A stretch of 63,978 nucleotides of DNA, the filler included, from Globobulimina sp. (Eukaryota): the NCBI GenBank assembly GCA_003354225.1. It is 18 parts of 18 records of this genome, joined end to end, with 100 filler letters (N's around TTAATTAATTAA, not from the genome) between each part and the next. Parts side by side here need not be neighbours in the genome. Positions count along the whole stretch, not along the records: positions 24,935 to 28,394 come from PIVH01002737.1; positions 28,495 to 31,954 come from PIVH01002738.1; positions 32,055 to 35,514 come from PIVH01002739.1; positions 35,615 to 39,074 come from PIVH01002740.1; 14 more parts are not named here. One strand, given 5' to 3'. Made by a program: the position numbers and the translations under genes. Shown one piece after another: positions 24,935 to 36,294 of the stretch. The notes beneath the pieces were generated by a model. The model had not been told where the DNA came from. It did not search any database and saw only the letters and a list, made by a program, of their open reading frames with translations. Each line of letters begins with the position of its first letter. The stretch's first letter is position 1.

Positions 24935-26770
24935 ATCAGAACTCGTTGTTGCAAAGATCTCTGGAAATCGTATGTCAGACCATTGCAAAACGCTATGTAA
25001 CACTGGATTACAATTGATTGGTTGCGATTTGCTTGGCCATAAACTGCGCCCATACACAGTTGCATTTGGGACTTCCTGTGAGGTTGGTAAAATGCGAAAA
25101 ATGTTCATGAAAGCTTTATGATGTGACTTATTGCCAATTTTAATTGATTGTTGATATAGTGAAAGGAAACCTGTTGAGATTTTGGAATTCGAAGCCGAAC
25201 CTGGTGAACCGAAATCTGTTAAATCTGTAGTGGAATGATTGCTCGATTGTCCAAGCGCTGTGTGATTCTGGGTTGGTGCAGCAATAGCATCTCCATAGCT
25301 TAACATCAAAGCTAGCATTGTCAAGGCTGTACAGAGAACGGTAGTATCGATTTTTGGTACCAATGGTGTTGATTGAGTGGATTGATTTCGATTTATTTTC
25401 GATGTATGCCGTTTGTCTCTTGGCAGCCTTGGTGAAATATCAGCTTGAGTTTCTACAGGAGTTCCTATTTGCTGTTGAACCTGATCATCCACAATGGGAG
25501 CTGCTGTGAGTTGCAGTGAGTTGATTCTCAATGTTCCTATTGTAGGTTGTGGTGACAGACATTGTTGTAAGTTGGTATTTTCCTCTCGCAAGTATTTTAC
25601 TTCATCTGTCAAACTTTGAATTTCTGTCTTCAGTGCTGTCACAAGTTCGTTTTCTTCTGGTAAGTTGTTGTCTGGCTTCATAATGATTGTGTTTATGTGT
25701 GGTGATTGCTCTTGGTTTTCATCATCCTCAGAACATTCATTGTCAGATGGATCTTCATATTGTGAGTTGCGGATTCTAAGTCTGCATTCATTTTTCCAGT
25801 GACCCTGTTTGCCACAATAATGACAAGTAGTTCGTCTTTGTTCATCAATTCCCATATCTTTAAAGGATCTGTGTCCTTGATCATCTCCATAATAATTGTT
25901 GTAAGGTGCTGAATTCATTTGATCATTTGACATGAGCATTTCTTCCAACATTGATTCGATGCGAGCCAGTTTATTGTCAGTATCCTCATCTGTACTTGAA
26001 CCTTGGCCATGTTTGGAAGGTGTGTGTGCACGTTGAACTGCTGCTATCTTAGGTTGTGGATAGTCATTTGCATCGATCATTCTGTTTGCTTCCAGGCAGT
26101 TTGCTTTCGATAATGCTTCATCGAATGTTTGACATTCAAATGCTTGAACCCATTGTCGCAAACTTGGATGTAATTTGCTGGTGAAGTAAGTTAACAACAT
26201 GCCATTACGTTGTTCCTGTGAGAGTTCTGGGTGGGCCAATGTGACTAGTTTTTGAAGCTTTAATGCGAATGTTTGAACTGATTCGCTGTCACTTTGAAGG
26301 ATTACGGCAAGCTTTCCTTGAGCCCATCGCTTTTGTTCTGCAGGCTTTAGTGCATCTCTTAGTGCATTCTTCATTTGGCCATAGTCTGCTTTGACTTCTG
26401 CTGTTAGTTCTTTGTATTTTTGAAGAGCGGATTCTCGTAGATATGCAGGTAGCAATTTAGCTTTTCGTGCATTATCAAAATTGTATGCATTTGCAGTTAA
26501 TTCGAAAATTTCAACCCATGAATTGAAATCATCTGCTTTACGCCCATAAAACTTTGATACTAGGTCATCACCAGAGCCCATTGGACTTTGTGATGCTGCT
26601 TGAAACATGTTTATTTCTGCGTGTGTTTTATTTGATTGAACTCTATTTTGTAAGTCCACAATTGCTTGATTTACGTTTTCAGTACGTTTTTTATTAATTT
26701 GCTTAAGTTTTCCCACGTCTTCTACTAATGTAAGCAAGGTGTCTGCATCAATCTTGGTTTCTAGAGGCAT
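24935..26770 (-). CDS. gag: Gag (capsid + CCHC knuckle) fused to a coiled coil and a signal-peptide-led, possibly Env-like region; no protease or RT seen
   Basis: Motifs FNSWVEIFELTANAYNF...LPAYLRESALQKY, QSDSESVQTFALKLQKL and CHYCGKQGHWKNEC. Later hydrophobic segment LCTALTMLALMLSYGDAIAA. Confidence 0.8.
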
Positions 26771-26949
26771 TAACAGTGACAATTTATGTTGGTATAATAA
26801 CAAGATGTATAACTTAGAAGTTTATAGGTATGACCCTTTGTGTAACCAATTTCTTTTCCAATTATTAAAGTCAACCAAAGGACTATGGATTGGGGTGGAT
26901 CGTTACAGTATTTAAGAATCGGTTTATTTGGGACCTATCTTAAATGAAA

Positions 26950-26961
26950 TCGCTGCTACCA
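26950..26961 (-). promoter_or_regulatory. Primer-binding site complementary to the tRNA-iMet 3' end
   Basis: Minus strand reads ...AATACA|TGGTAGCAGCGA, complementary to ...UCGCUGCUACCA-3'. Confidence 0.85.
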
Positions 26962-27851
26962 TGTATTTATTGTATTGTATTGTAAGACTATAGACCGAGG
27001 GTAAGTCTAGTTTGTCTTGAGTCCGAGTAGGCACTCCATATACATACTACTATAATAAGAGTTCCTTTACTATACTACTAAACACAATACTTCCGTACAC
27101 TTCTAAATGCTTGAGGGGTTTGGGTTTGTAACGGTTTCCCGTAGTCTGTGCAAGATGTAGTAGTCTGTGGTTAGGAGGTGGTTAGGATGTGGTTAGGATG
27201 ACGTCGTATGAAGTCGGATGTGGTCGGATGCGGTCGACTGTAATAGGCTGGGCAGTACCTAATAATCTGAGTGGCCTGCTGTAGGCACTAGACATATATA
27301 GTAGTTACTGAATAGATGACCCTATGACAATATCAGTTATGAGGACTTACCATCTTGGCAAGGTGAACCAGTGAAACCAGAGGAGAACCAGGGAGTTAGG
27401 CTGAACCAGTGACAAACCAATAAACCTGAAGACTGAACCTGGGCTGAACCGAACGGAGAACCAGACCAATACTAAACTAAACTGAGGAGCTGGCTCATGC
27501 CTCTCCTTTTATCTACTGTCTAATCATTAAGGGTAAGGCACGATATGTTTTCATAGTGTCGCACGCAACAAGTCCAAACAAAGTGTTCTAAAGCCTAATT
27601 GAGAGTTGAGACAACCGAGCGTGACTGCATGGGTGAAGCTTCTATTCAATGCATCCTTCCATCTCATAATTTAGAACATGCAATAAATAACCCTAAATCA
27701 CAGGACTAAATACAGTAACCTATATAACATGATATAACTTTAAGCAAACAAGAAGACATTATAGTTAGTATTACATTAGATACAGGTGCTCAAAAGGTGT
27801 ACCATTTTATTACATTACATGCCGACCATCACAAGTATGTCGTCCGCGACA
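26962..27851 (-). repeat. Putative 5' LTR (about 890 bp)
   Basis: Minus strand begins TGTCGCGG (27851) and ends AATAAATACA (26962). Internal short tandem repeats (GTGGTTAGGA x3 near 27167-27198). The outer boundary is inferred because the second LTR is absent. Confidence 0.6.
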
Positions 27852-28039
27852 TACCAAACCAATAAGTAAATGCAATTAAATAAAAATGTAATAAAATGTA
27901 ATGGTGTACGTTTTTGTATTGATTTTTTTTTTTTTTGAAATATGTAATAAAATGTTTTTATTTTTTTTTAAAACTATTTTTGATTTCGAAATTTAGGTTA
28001 TGTTTAGATATGTAGTTATAGAAATAAATTAATAAAACA

Positions 28040-28180
28040 ATTAAACATACATGTAAGATCATCGGCTAAGCAGGATGTATAGCTTTTAGAAGCTCGGTTA
28101 GATGGACAGACAAACAGATATCAAACAATTTAACATACATGTAAGATATTTGGCAAAGCAGGATGTATAGCTTTAAGAAG
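28040..28180 (+). repeat. Imperfect direct repeat of about 54 bp
   Basis: AACATACATGTAAGAT...AAGCAGGATGTATAGCTTT occurs at about 28045-28087 and 28132-28175. Confidence 0.7.
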
Positions 28181-28494
28181 GAATACAGCCACAGTTGTGT
28201 ATGTATGTGCTTTCCTTTATACTTGCATGTAGCATGTGTATCGGGAATGCAGAAATGTTCCTGATGTACTGTGCTGAGATTGTATTCCTTTCCATAGCAG
28301 TAGACTTGCGGTATACGACAGTACAATGAAATGGCTTATGAACTATTTCACATTTATCTGCATCATTTATGTTATGTGCAGATATAAATGATTTNNNNNN
28401 NNNNNNNNNNNNNNNNNNNNNNNNNNNNNNNNNNNNNNTTAATTAATTAANNNNNNNNNNNNNNNNNNNNNNNNNNNNNNNNNNNNNNNNNNNN

Positions 28495-29117
28495 GTAAAG
28501 GTAGTATGAATATATCTCTGAATGCCTTGGCTGCTAATGTAACATCTATCTGTGACCGATATTCTATCGATCTGCGTGTAGCTTGGGTGCCACGCACATG
28601 TAATGCTGCTGCTGATTACTGTAGTCGCTGGCTTGATAGTAATGATTGGCATATTAATCCCAGCTTGTTTGCCTTACTTGATGCTAATTGGGGCCCACAT
28701 GAGGTTGACCGTTTTGCAAATACTTTTAACACTCAGTTGCCACGCTACAATTCGCGCTTTGCTTGCCCTGGCGCAGAAGCGGTCGATGCTTTCAATCAAG
28801 ATTGGTCTTTGACCCATAATTGGCTCGTGCCACCTCCTTTATTAATACCACGGACTGTCCGCAAATTAGTCACATCTCATTCTCGTGGCACTCTTGTTGT
28901 GCCCAAGTGGCCTAGTGCCATTTTCTGGCCATTACTTTTTCCTGATGGTCATCCTGCCTGGTTCATACGCGAAACATTGTCCTTTTCGCCAGGCTGGCGG
29001 TATGTAATACCCGGTAAAACTCAACATAATAGTCATTTTGGCTCCAAACAATTTATGCATGATTTACTTGCCCTGTCTATCGATGCTCGCTCTGCTAACT
29101 CCAAAAGTTTCACATAA
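28495..29117 (+). CDS. C-terminal part of DIRS pol: end of RNase H + Dam-like methyltransferase domain
   Basis: Motifs WVPRTCNAAADYCSR, WGPHEVDRFA, RYNSRF, AVDAFNQDW, NWLVPPP and GTLVVPKWPSAIFWPLL. Confidence 0.88.
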
Positions 29118-29452
29118 TCATAATATAATCAATAAAATATGTTTTCTTATATTTTACTTGTGTTCTTGCTAATAGCGTAATAGAGTGACTAAACGGTTTA
29201 TGCCGTAATGCAATGAAGGTATAATGACCGTTTTGTCACGGCATGTAGCGGTCAGCGTTGATTGGTTATAGCTCCGCGGTAGGCGGAGCTTGCTTGTTAC
29301 TGAACGGCCTGCTCTTTGTAGCTTCATTCACGAGTCGTTCCCTTCTAGCTCGGCCGTCGAGCAATCATCTTTTCCTGCTATTTCTCAATCGTGTTCCCTA
29401 TATATTGCTTAGTTGCTATTTGGAGACTGTTTTCTTGTTTCTATCTATCAAA

Positions 29453-30250
29453 ATGACTGAAGAACAACCAGTAACCGTCACTGCTCAATCCAATAAAGTT
29501 GCTATTGACAACATGTCACTTTCGTTGTCCCGTATTGAAGCTTTACTCTCTCAACAACAACAACGTCCTGTCGTCGCTCAGCCAGTTGAAGTTGTTGAAG
29601 AATCGGACGAACCGCCTAGCAAGAAAGCTAAATTAGTATTTGATGATATTTTGGCGGAGACTTGGTCCACTAAACCATCCGATGCTGCTCTAAAATTATT
29701 GGGCAATCAAAAGAGATATGGTGTTATGTGGTCTTTTCGCAATTTGGTTACCGATTTAGAAGACACTTGCAGTGGTGATCCAGCTTCTATTGACATTTCT
29801 GTCGTTCAAGGTCTTTTGGTTACTCTCAAAACTGAAATGGCCGACCACATGCGTCTTATCCGTATAGCTGATCGCTCTAAAGGTGGCTGGTTGACTGTAG
29901 ATAATTATCAAAATGATGTTTTGGCCCGTGGTAGAGAAGATGAACGCCGTTTGTCTCAAGCTGAACGTACTGCTGTACGTACCATTTCCGATAAGAAACC
30001 TAAACGACCATTTGTTTCTAATTCGTCGTCTGTTGCTCGACCCTTATTTGGTGGTCCCACTGTGCCCTTTCACGGTAGCGCCGGTCAGCGTGCCGCTGGC
30101 CCATCCCACTATGGTGGTTCCCGACGTTCCTTTTCCGGTCCGAGTGTCGACCGACCTTGTCACAGTTGTGGAGCCCCTGACCACTGGTATGGTGTCACAT
30201 GTCCCAATTACTCCAGCGGTGGACGATATTATGGTGCCAAAAAGCAATAA
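29453..30250 (+). CDS. DIRS/PAT-type Gag-like ORF1 with Zn knuckle
   Basis: RLIRIADRSKGGWLTVDNY...EDERRL..AE block typical of PAT-like ORF1, plus CHSCGAPDHWYGVTC. Confidence 0.8.
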   Translation: MTEEQPVTVTAQSNKVAIDNMSLSLSRIEALLSQQQQRPVVAQPVEVVEESDEPPSKKAKLVFDDILAETWSTKPSDAALKLLGNQKRYGVMWSFRNLVTDLEDTCSGDPASIDISVVQGLLVTLKTEMADHMRLIRIADRSKGGWLTVDNYQNDVLARGREDERRLSQAERTAVRTISDKKPKRPFVSNSSSVARPLFGGPTVPFHGSAGQRAAGPSHYGGSRRSFSGPSVDRPCHSCGAPDHWYGVTCPNYSSGGRYYGAKKQ

Positions 30251-31954
30251 TTTGAACTTGAATTCTAATTCTGTTGTTGATAGTGTACTTAAAAGTGAGT
30301 CATCTGTTTCTCGACCAGTATTTAATCCATTATTTTTGTCACAACCAACTTTTGCTGCATGGCTTTTTGATAATTGGCCTTCACTAGAGTTTTACGGTAT
30401 TAAGGGTTCTCTTAAGGAGCATTTAAATGCCTGGATTCGTATCAGGGCCCCACCTTTTGTCTTAGATGTTATTTCTAATGGATACCGTATCCCTTTTCAT
30501 ACTTTTCCGACTTCTTTTTGTCGGCCTAATAATCGATCTTTTCATGATAATTGGGAGTTTGGTATGATGGCGATTGGGCGTTTATTTAAGAACGGTTTTG
30601 CCTGTCTTGTGTCTGAACGTCCCTTAATTGTCAGTCCTTTGCAAGTGGCAATACAACCTAATGGTAAAAAGCGATTAATACTAGATCTTTCCTATGTAAA
30701 TCGTTTCATTTTTAAGCAACATTTCAAAATGGAAGACTTGCGTGTAGCTATGCCTTTTTTTGCTCAGGGTGGTTTTGGTTTTACATTTGATATGACGCAA
30801 GGTTATAATCATGTTAATGTACACCCAGAATTTCAAAAGTATCTGGGTTTCTCCTTCGATTGGGGATCTATCACTTATTATGGTGTCTATACGACTGTAC
30901 CGTTCGGTCTTTCACCTGCTCCATGGCTTTTTACAAAATTATTAAAACCTTGGGTTCGATTTTGGCGTGAGGCCGGTAGTATTGTTTTTGTTTACATCGA
31001 TGATGGTGTGGGTTTTCACTCTACTCGTGCAGGGTGTCAATCTCTCTCGGACCGTGTCTGTTCTGACTTAACCAGTGCTGGCTGGGTTATTAATGAAGCC
31101 AAATCGTTTTGGCGGCCTTCATTTGTTGTCTCATGGCTTGGGTTCACTTTGGATTTTAACCACTTTACAATTAATATACCTGCTGACAAAGTGTCAGCCT
31201 TAATTACTTTAATTCGGACTGAATTGCATTCCAGACATATAACTGCTCGTCAATTATTACGTATTGCTGGCAAATTGGGTTCTTTATCCCTTGTTTATGG
31301 ACCTAAGGCTTTAATCCATGCTAAACCTTTTTATGCACTGGCTGATGCCATTACTTCTGCTGGGAATAGTTATGACTATTTTGCTCCAATCTCATCCCAG
31401 GTTAAAGAATGTTTACGTTTTTGGGCTAAATTTTTACCCCTTGCGAAACACTGTCGTTCCATGACTCATGAGGAACCAGATGTTATCGTTTCATCTGATG
31501 CTAGCGCCTCTGGTGGCGCCACGATTGTGCATTTTTTGCAGTCTGGTGCTATATCACGCCTTTCTGATCATGTAGCCCTTTGTGCTCGGGACCGTGTTTC
31601 CCGTCAAAATCGGCGTTTTTTCGATCCAGGACATACCGATATTGTTCTGTCTCAGCCTGATAAGCCGGGGGTCGGTAACTTGCAAGCCTCTGAGGCTCTT
31701 TCTTGCTCTAGTGAGCTGCCTACGCTTGTGGCGACTGAGGGACCATCTCAAGTGCATTCCAGTGGCTTTTGCCCCGCCAACGTGGCTGTTATTAATTGGC
31801 TTCCTCATGAAGCAACAGACAGCTCTACATGGCGCGAGTTGCGCACTGTCGATTTTGGTCTAATGACCTTCCCTGAAATGTTAAGTAATCATACAGTACT
31901 TTGGCTTTGTGATAATCAAGCTGTTTGTAGCATACTTCGTAAAGGTAGTATGAA
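29913..31954 (+). CDS. DIRS pol: reverse transcriptase + RNase H, overlapping gag in the +1 frame and continuing at 28511
   Basis: Motifs KKRLILDLSYVN, FDMTQGYNHV, PFGLSPAPWLFTK, VYIDDG and WLGF. RNase H motifs SDAS, SSTWREL and CDNQ. Confidence 0.93.
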
Positions 31955-32054
31955 NNNNNNNNNNNNNNNNNNNNNNNNNNNNNNNNNNNNNNNNNNNNTT
32001 AATTAATTAANNNNNNNNNNNNNNNNNNNNNNNNNNNNNNNNNNNNNNNNNNNN

Positions 32055-33990
32055 TTGCAATAGTTGTAAAAAATAAAGGAGTTGACACCATATTTCCAGC
32101 TCCGTTTGGATTTAGAGGATGAACAATATTCACATATTCGCAATTCACTGCAAACACACTTTGAATTATCCGATGATGTTTCGATATTAATTTGTCATAT
32201 TTTGCAGAAGGACATATTTAATGGGAATAATGATAAAAGAGCCAGAGAGCGAGAAAGGGAAACAAGCAAATCGACGTTCAGTACGTCGACCAGTTATGAC
32301 TTCGGACATAAGTTTTATTATTGGGACGAGTTTAAGGAAAATAATCAACACGATTATGGACCAAATATTTGCTACAAAAAAAAAGATTGGTACATTGAAA
32401 GGAAATATGTCAATATCAAACAGGAACTTATAAATAATAAAATATTTAAATTGCGGATAGAGAAATATAATAATCTTATTAAGAAATGCGAAATGAATTT
32501 AAATACTGTAATGTGCAGAAATAACAAATCGTCAGATTCATTAAGTTGTGAATACTATAAAATTCGTACTGGCACAGGATTAACGGTGGAAAACTTAATA
32601 AGTTTGATACTTTATACTGATTTTATAGGTTTGGCCTTTGAATTTCGACGTACTTTTCGTCCTATTTCTGATGAAGAGACCAATGAACAGTTAAAAAATA
32701 GACATCGAGAATATTGGAATTGGAGCAAAATATTATCGGAAACAGTTGAGTTATATGGTGAGTCGATGAGTGATCAAAACATAGGCATTTTTTATTATGG
32801 CGTGAGTTTTTTATTAAGTTTTCCAAACTTTATATCACATTTTTGTGGACCAACCTCAACCACATCGTATTTCGAAGTAAGTTGCATTTTCAGTGATGAT
32901 AATGGTATAATTTTGGAGTTGATTGCAGAAAATGAATATAGTAATTTAAAAGTATTTAATTGCTCATATTTGTCATATTATGGACATGAAAATGAGGTAT
33001 TCTTCATCCACTCATCCATTTCATATCGGATTTAATCAATTTGAGATGAATTATTTTGTTATTTTAAATTGCTCAAATCGATGCAATCTGAGATGAAATG
33101 TTTTGTAGCATCTATTCTTTGGTGGTTACAGACCATTAAAATTTAAAAGTATTTTATTGCTAAATATGCACATGGAACCACCACAAAATTATTCATTATT
33201 TATTAAAGCATTAACATTGTTCAATTATGTCGTAAAAGCAAAACGATTGTCATTCGATATAATAGCAAATATCACAAAAATTGATTATAAAATAATTAAA
33301 TCGTTGATGCGCCATTACATGACAAGACTTACAAAGTATAAAAATAAGTCGCCAAACTATGTAAATAATTTATTTAAATCATTTTGTGATTCAAAGAAAT
33401 ATATTCATATAAATATTGCATGGATAAATAAATTTTATCCTGGATTTAAAAAGTATTTGCTTTGTAATGATATCGATATTGATGATAATAAAAACATGTT
33501 ATCGTTGGAGATAATCGCTGCATTATTTCCACACTGTAATGAGGTGATTGTTTTTCATGATGTCAAGACTGGAAAACTCAACAAATGTTATCTGAATAAA
33601 TTAATTCAACAATTAAAAATATTAAATATTCAACATCGTAATATGTTAAGAGTGATAAAATTATGCAATGTGCGATATGAGAATAAATTATTAAGTCGAG
33701 AGTTTGAGAAAGAATTTGCGATTAAATTTGAGAAAGAAGCATTTTGCAGAATTAATGTTGATATTAAAGTGAGATTACAACATGAAAATAAACACAATAA
33801 CAAATTATTTAAAGAAATACCGGAATACTCACATTTAGTTATAACCAGACAATATATAAAATATAAGGCATCATTGAAGACCAGAGATTTAAAATTGACA
33901 ACGAAAAATAATTATAGACATAAAGCAAAGAGAAAAAAACATAAACAACGATCCCGTTCGTATCATCGCAAGAAATTAACTGCTATTTGA
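32055..33990 (+). CDS. ADP-ribosyltransferase-fold family protein, paralogue 2 (5' partial)
   Basis: Motifs YDFGHKFYYW, KYVNIKQELINN, SLILYTD, RHREYWNWSKIL, FYYG, PTSTTS and GIILEL. Splicing the intron at 32997-33108 gives SYYGHENEHLFFGG. Confidence 0.65.
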
Positions 33991-34235
33991 ATTTGAAATT
34001 ACTTTACTTTTATTTTTTCTGTTTTTACTTTTTCTTTCTACTGGTTTTATTATTGTAAATGTGTATGATTTATACTAGTTTAATTTTTTTAAAAATCTCA
34101 ATTCTTTACGCTTGTCAGCAAGTTTTCGCTTTAAACTGAGCAAAAATGAACAATTAATGAGTAAAACAATGAGAACTGATTCAACAGAAAAATTAAATCC
34201 GCAATGATGAAAGTCATGAGCGAGTATCTTAAAAT

Positions 34236-34760
34236 TTAACCCCATTTTGGTCGGGCTTTTTTTGTTTTTTTGGTGATGCTGATCGATGATAAAATAATTG
34301 GTTTTGACGGATTTGATGTTTGTGGAATTATATTACTGAATTCGTTATTATTCACATGCGATAATTTCTGGATTTTTGTGGGATGCTTTGGATTCAAATT
34401 AAAATTAAAACTGTCTCTAGACTCATTATTTGCATTCAATTCGCTGAAACTTCTTTTTTGACCGATAGTCCTTTGCAATTTGGCATTATTACTATTATTT
34501 GTATTTATCTTTAGATCAATATCCTCATTTTCTCTCTCTTCAAGATGTTGAATATTATTAATAATATCCTTTCGCTTAATCCTGTCTTTATTATTCCTAT
34601 TTTTATTATTATCAACGACAACGAGTTTATTTACCATTTGTTTGTTTGAATATTTTGGTGGTAATTTTACGCTATGATCAACATCCTCTTTCCGAGGCGC
34701 TGGCCATTCATCAATAATATCATGAACACCCTTTGGATATACACAGCCGAAGAACCATTT
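34236..34760 (-). CDS. Hypothetical protein, last exon
   Basis: Asn/Lys-rich ORF open upstream to an AG acceptor near 34767, no motif. Confidence 0.35.
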   Translation of the reverse strand, partial: KWFFGCVYPKGVHDIIDEWPAPRKEDVDHSVKLPPKYSNKQMVNKLVVVDNNKNRNNKDRIKRKDIINNIQHLEERENEDIDLKINTNNSNNAKLQRTIGQKRSFSELNANNESRDSFNFNLNPKHPTKIQKLSHVNNNEFSNIIPQTSNPSKPIILSSISITKKTKKARPKWG

Positions 34761-35186
34761 ATTTGCTATGTGTTAACAGCACAAATATTTAATTGATTTA
34801 AATGAGTTTGTTATTAAACTATAATATCATATCTATCATACCCCAACACTGTGATAAAGCATCTGCAGTTTTGAATGTATTATTATGGCTCCTTAAAATC
34901 TGCACCCGTAGGTTTTCTTGCCAATACGGTAACATGGTACTGTACTATTTGTAGAGTGCTGGTATACTTACTTCAGTTACTTGAAGAAAGAGGGGTTATC
35001 TTTTTGTTATATACTAGTACTTTGGACTCGAATAGCTATTTAAGGTTAAATCTTGGTGTTGAAATGTTGGAGCAAGATAACTGACTGACACAACAATATT
35101 TGAATTTGAATTCGAATCCAAAGTACCAAATTTCCAGAAAATTCCAACACCAATAATTGAATACCAGCAATAAGTTATACATCAAA

Positions 35187-35514
35187 TCAAATCTCATCCA
35201 AAATATGTTTATCTAAATATCCGTTTCGAAAATGTTCAACAAATATCTGTGCTGCAGAATGAATGTCAATTTCTTTACTTTCAAATGAAATTCCTGTCTC
35301 ATGATCATGTCTTTGATAAAAGAGTTGCTTTTTTTGCCCCAATTTATACATTAATTTTTCAATATTTTCATATTTCTCAGTTACATTACAAAACTCCATA
35401 TATTTGTTAGTAGCATTTGCATCCTTTGTTTTATTATTTAATCGCCACAACAAATAATCGGCAATCTCCAGAATGCCAACAATATTATCTTTTAAACACC
35501 CGCAGAGAGCCAAT
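35187..35514 (-). CDS. MTG1: Mitochondrial ribosome-associated GTPase 1 (RbgA/YlqF family), C-terminal fragment
   Basis: ALCGCLKDNIVG..IADYLLWRLN and AAQIFVEHFRNGYL match the MTG1 C-terminal domain. Confidence 0.75.
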
Positions 35515-36294
35515 NNNNNNNNNNNNNNNNNNNNNNNNNNNNNNNNNNNNNNNNNNNNTTAATTAATTAANNNNNNNNNNNNNNNNNNNNNNNNNNNNNN
35601 NNNNNNNNNNNNNNGATAATTATTGCGTGCGATCATTATGGTGCTATCATTATGGTGCTATATCTACGAACCATGTACCATATAATGATTTGGTAGTACC
35701 ATGATTTCATAGATTTCATGAGATTTCATGAGGATATAATTAGTGGAAACAGAGACATTTGAGGAATATGGAAACAGAGACATTTGAGGAAGATATTAAT
35801 AATAATATAACACAACCACGTATTGGATTAAGTGGAGTAAAAGTAGGTAGGATAATGCCAGATTCTGTTCGGAAATTGATTAATAAAAAAAAGTAATAGC
35901 ATTCGCAGATAAACACTTTTTTGTTTGGGCTTTTATTTTGTTATTTAAATCTTGCCAAAAAACTTTAAATTAGACAACAATGGCACAAAATACCCAGACA
36001 AAAAATTTTTTTTAGGGTATAATGTTGCTAGCAAATTCATAATGTTGCTAAAATAATTCTCGATGTTGCTGCAACATTGACATAAAAATGGTTTCCAAAG
36101 CTCTGGTCAGGAGGTAATAAGGCAAAATAATGACAAAAAAAAAGAATCAAAAATTCAATTGAAAAAAGCACGAAAATATTCATGTATTTACATCACAATT
36201 AAATATTTTTTATCTTAGTCAGTCACATCATTTGGCATTATTTTGAGACAAAATACTCCAATCAATATCACTATATTCCATATCATCCCCATTA

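Larger units (their letters stand above)
24935..27851 (-). mobile_element. Ty3/Gypsy-type LTR retroelement, 5' part (LTR + PBS + gag-containing ORF)
   Basis: LTR TGT...ACA followed immediately by a PBS and a Gag ORF. Intronless, with higher GC than the host contigs. Confidence 0.85.
28495..31954 (+). mobile_element. DIRS/PAT-type retrotransposon, circularly permuted (3444-nt unit), no tyrosine recombinase ORF
   Basis: Gag plus RT-RNaseH-MT ORFs. The contig begins and ends with the same 16-mer GTAAAGGTAGTATGAA, and the pol frame continues across the join. Confidence 0.88.

Noticed and set aside
27167-27200. GGTTAGG repeats resembling telomeric sequence
   Set aside because: The units are 11-nt GTGGTTAGGA(G/T) inside the LTR, not a TTAGGG array.
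35631-35790. Short tandem duplications (ATCATTATGGTGCT x2, GATTTCATGAG, GGAAACAGAGACATTTGAGGA x2)
   Set aside because: Two-copy slippage-type duplications without spacer structure, so not CRISPR-like.
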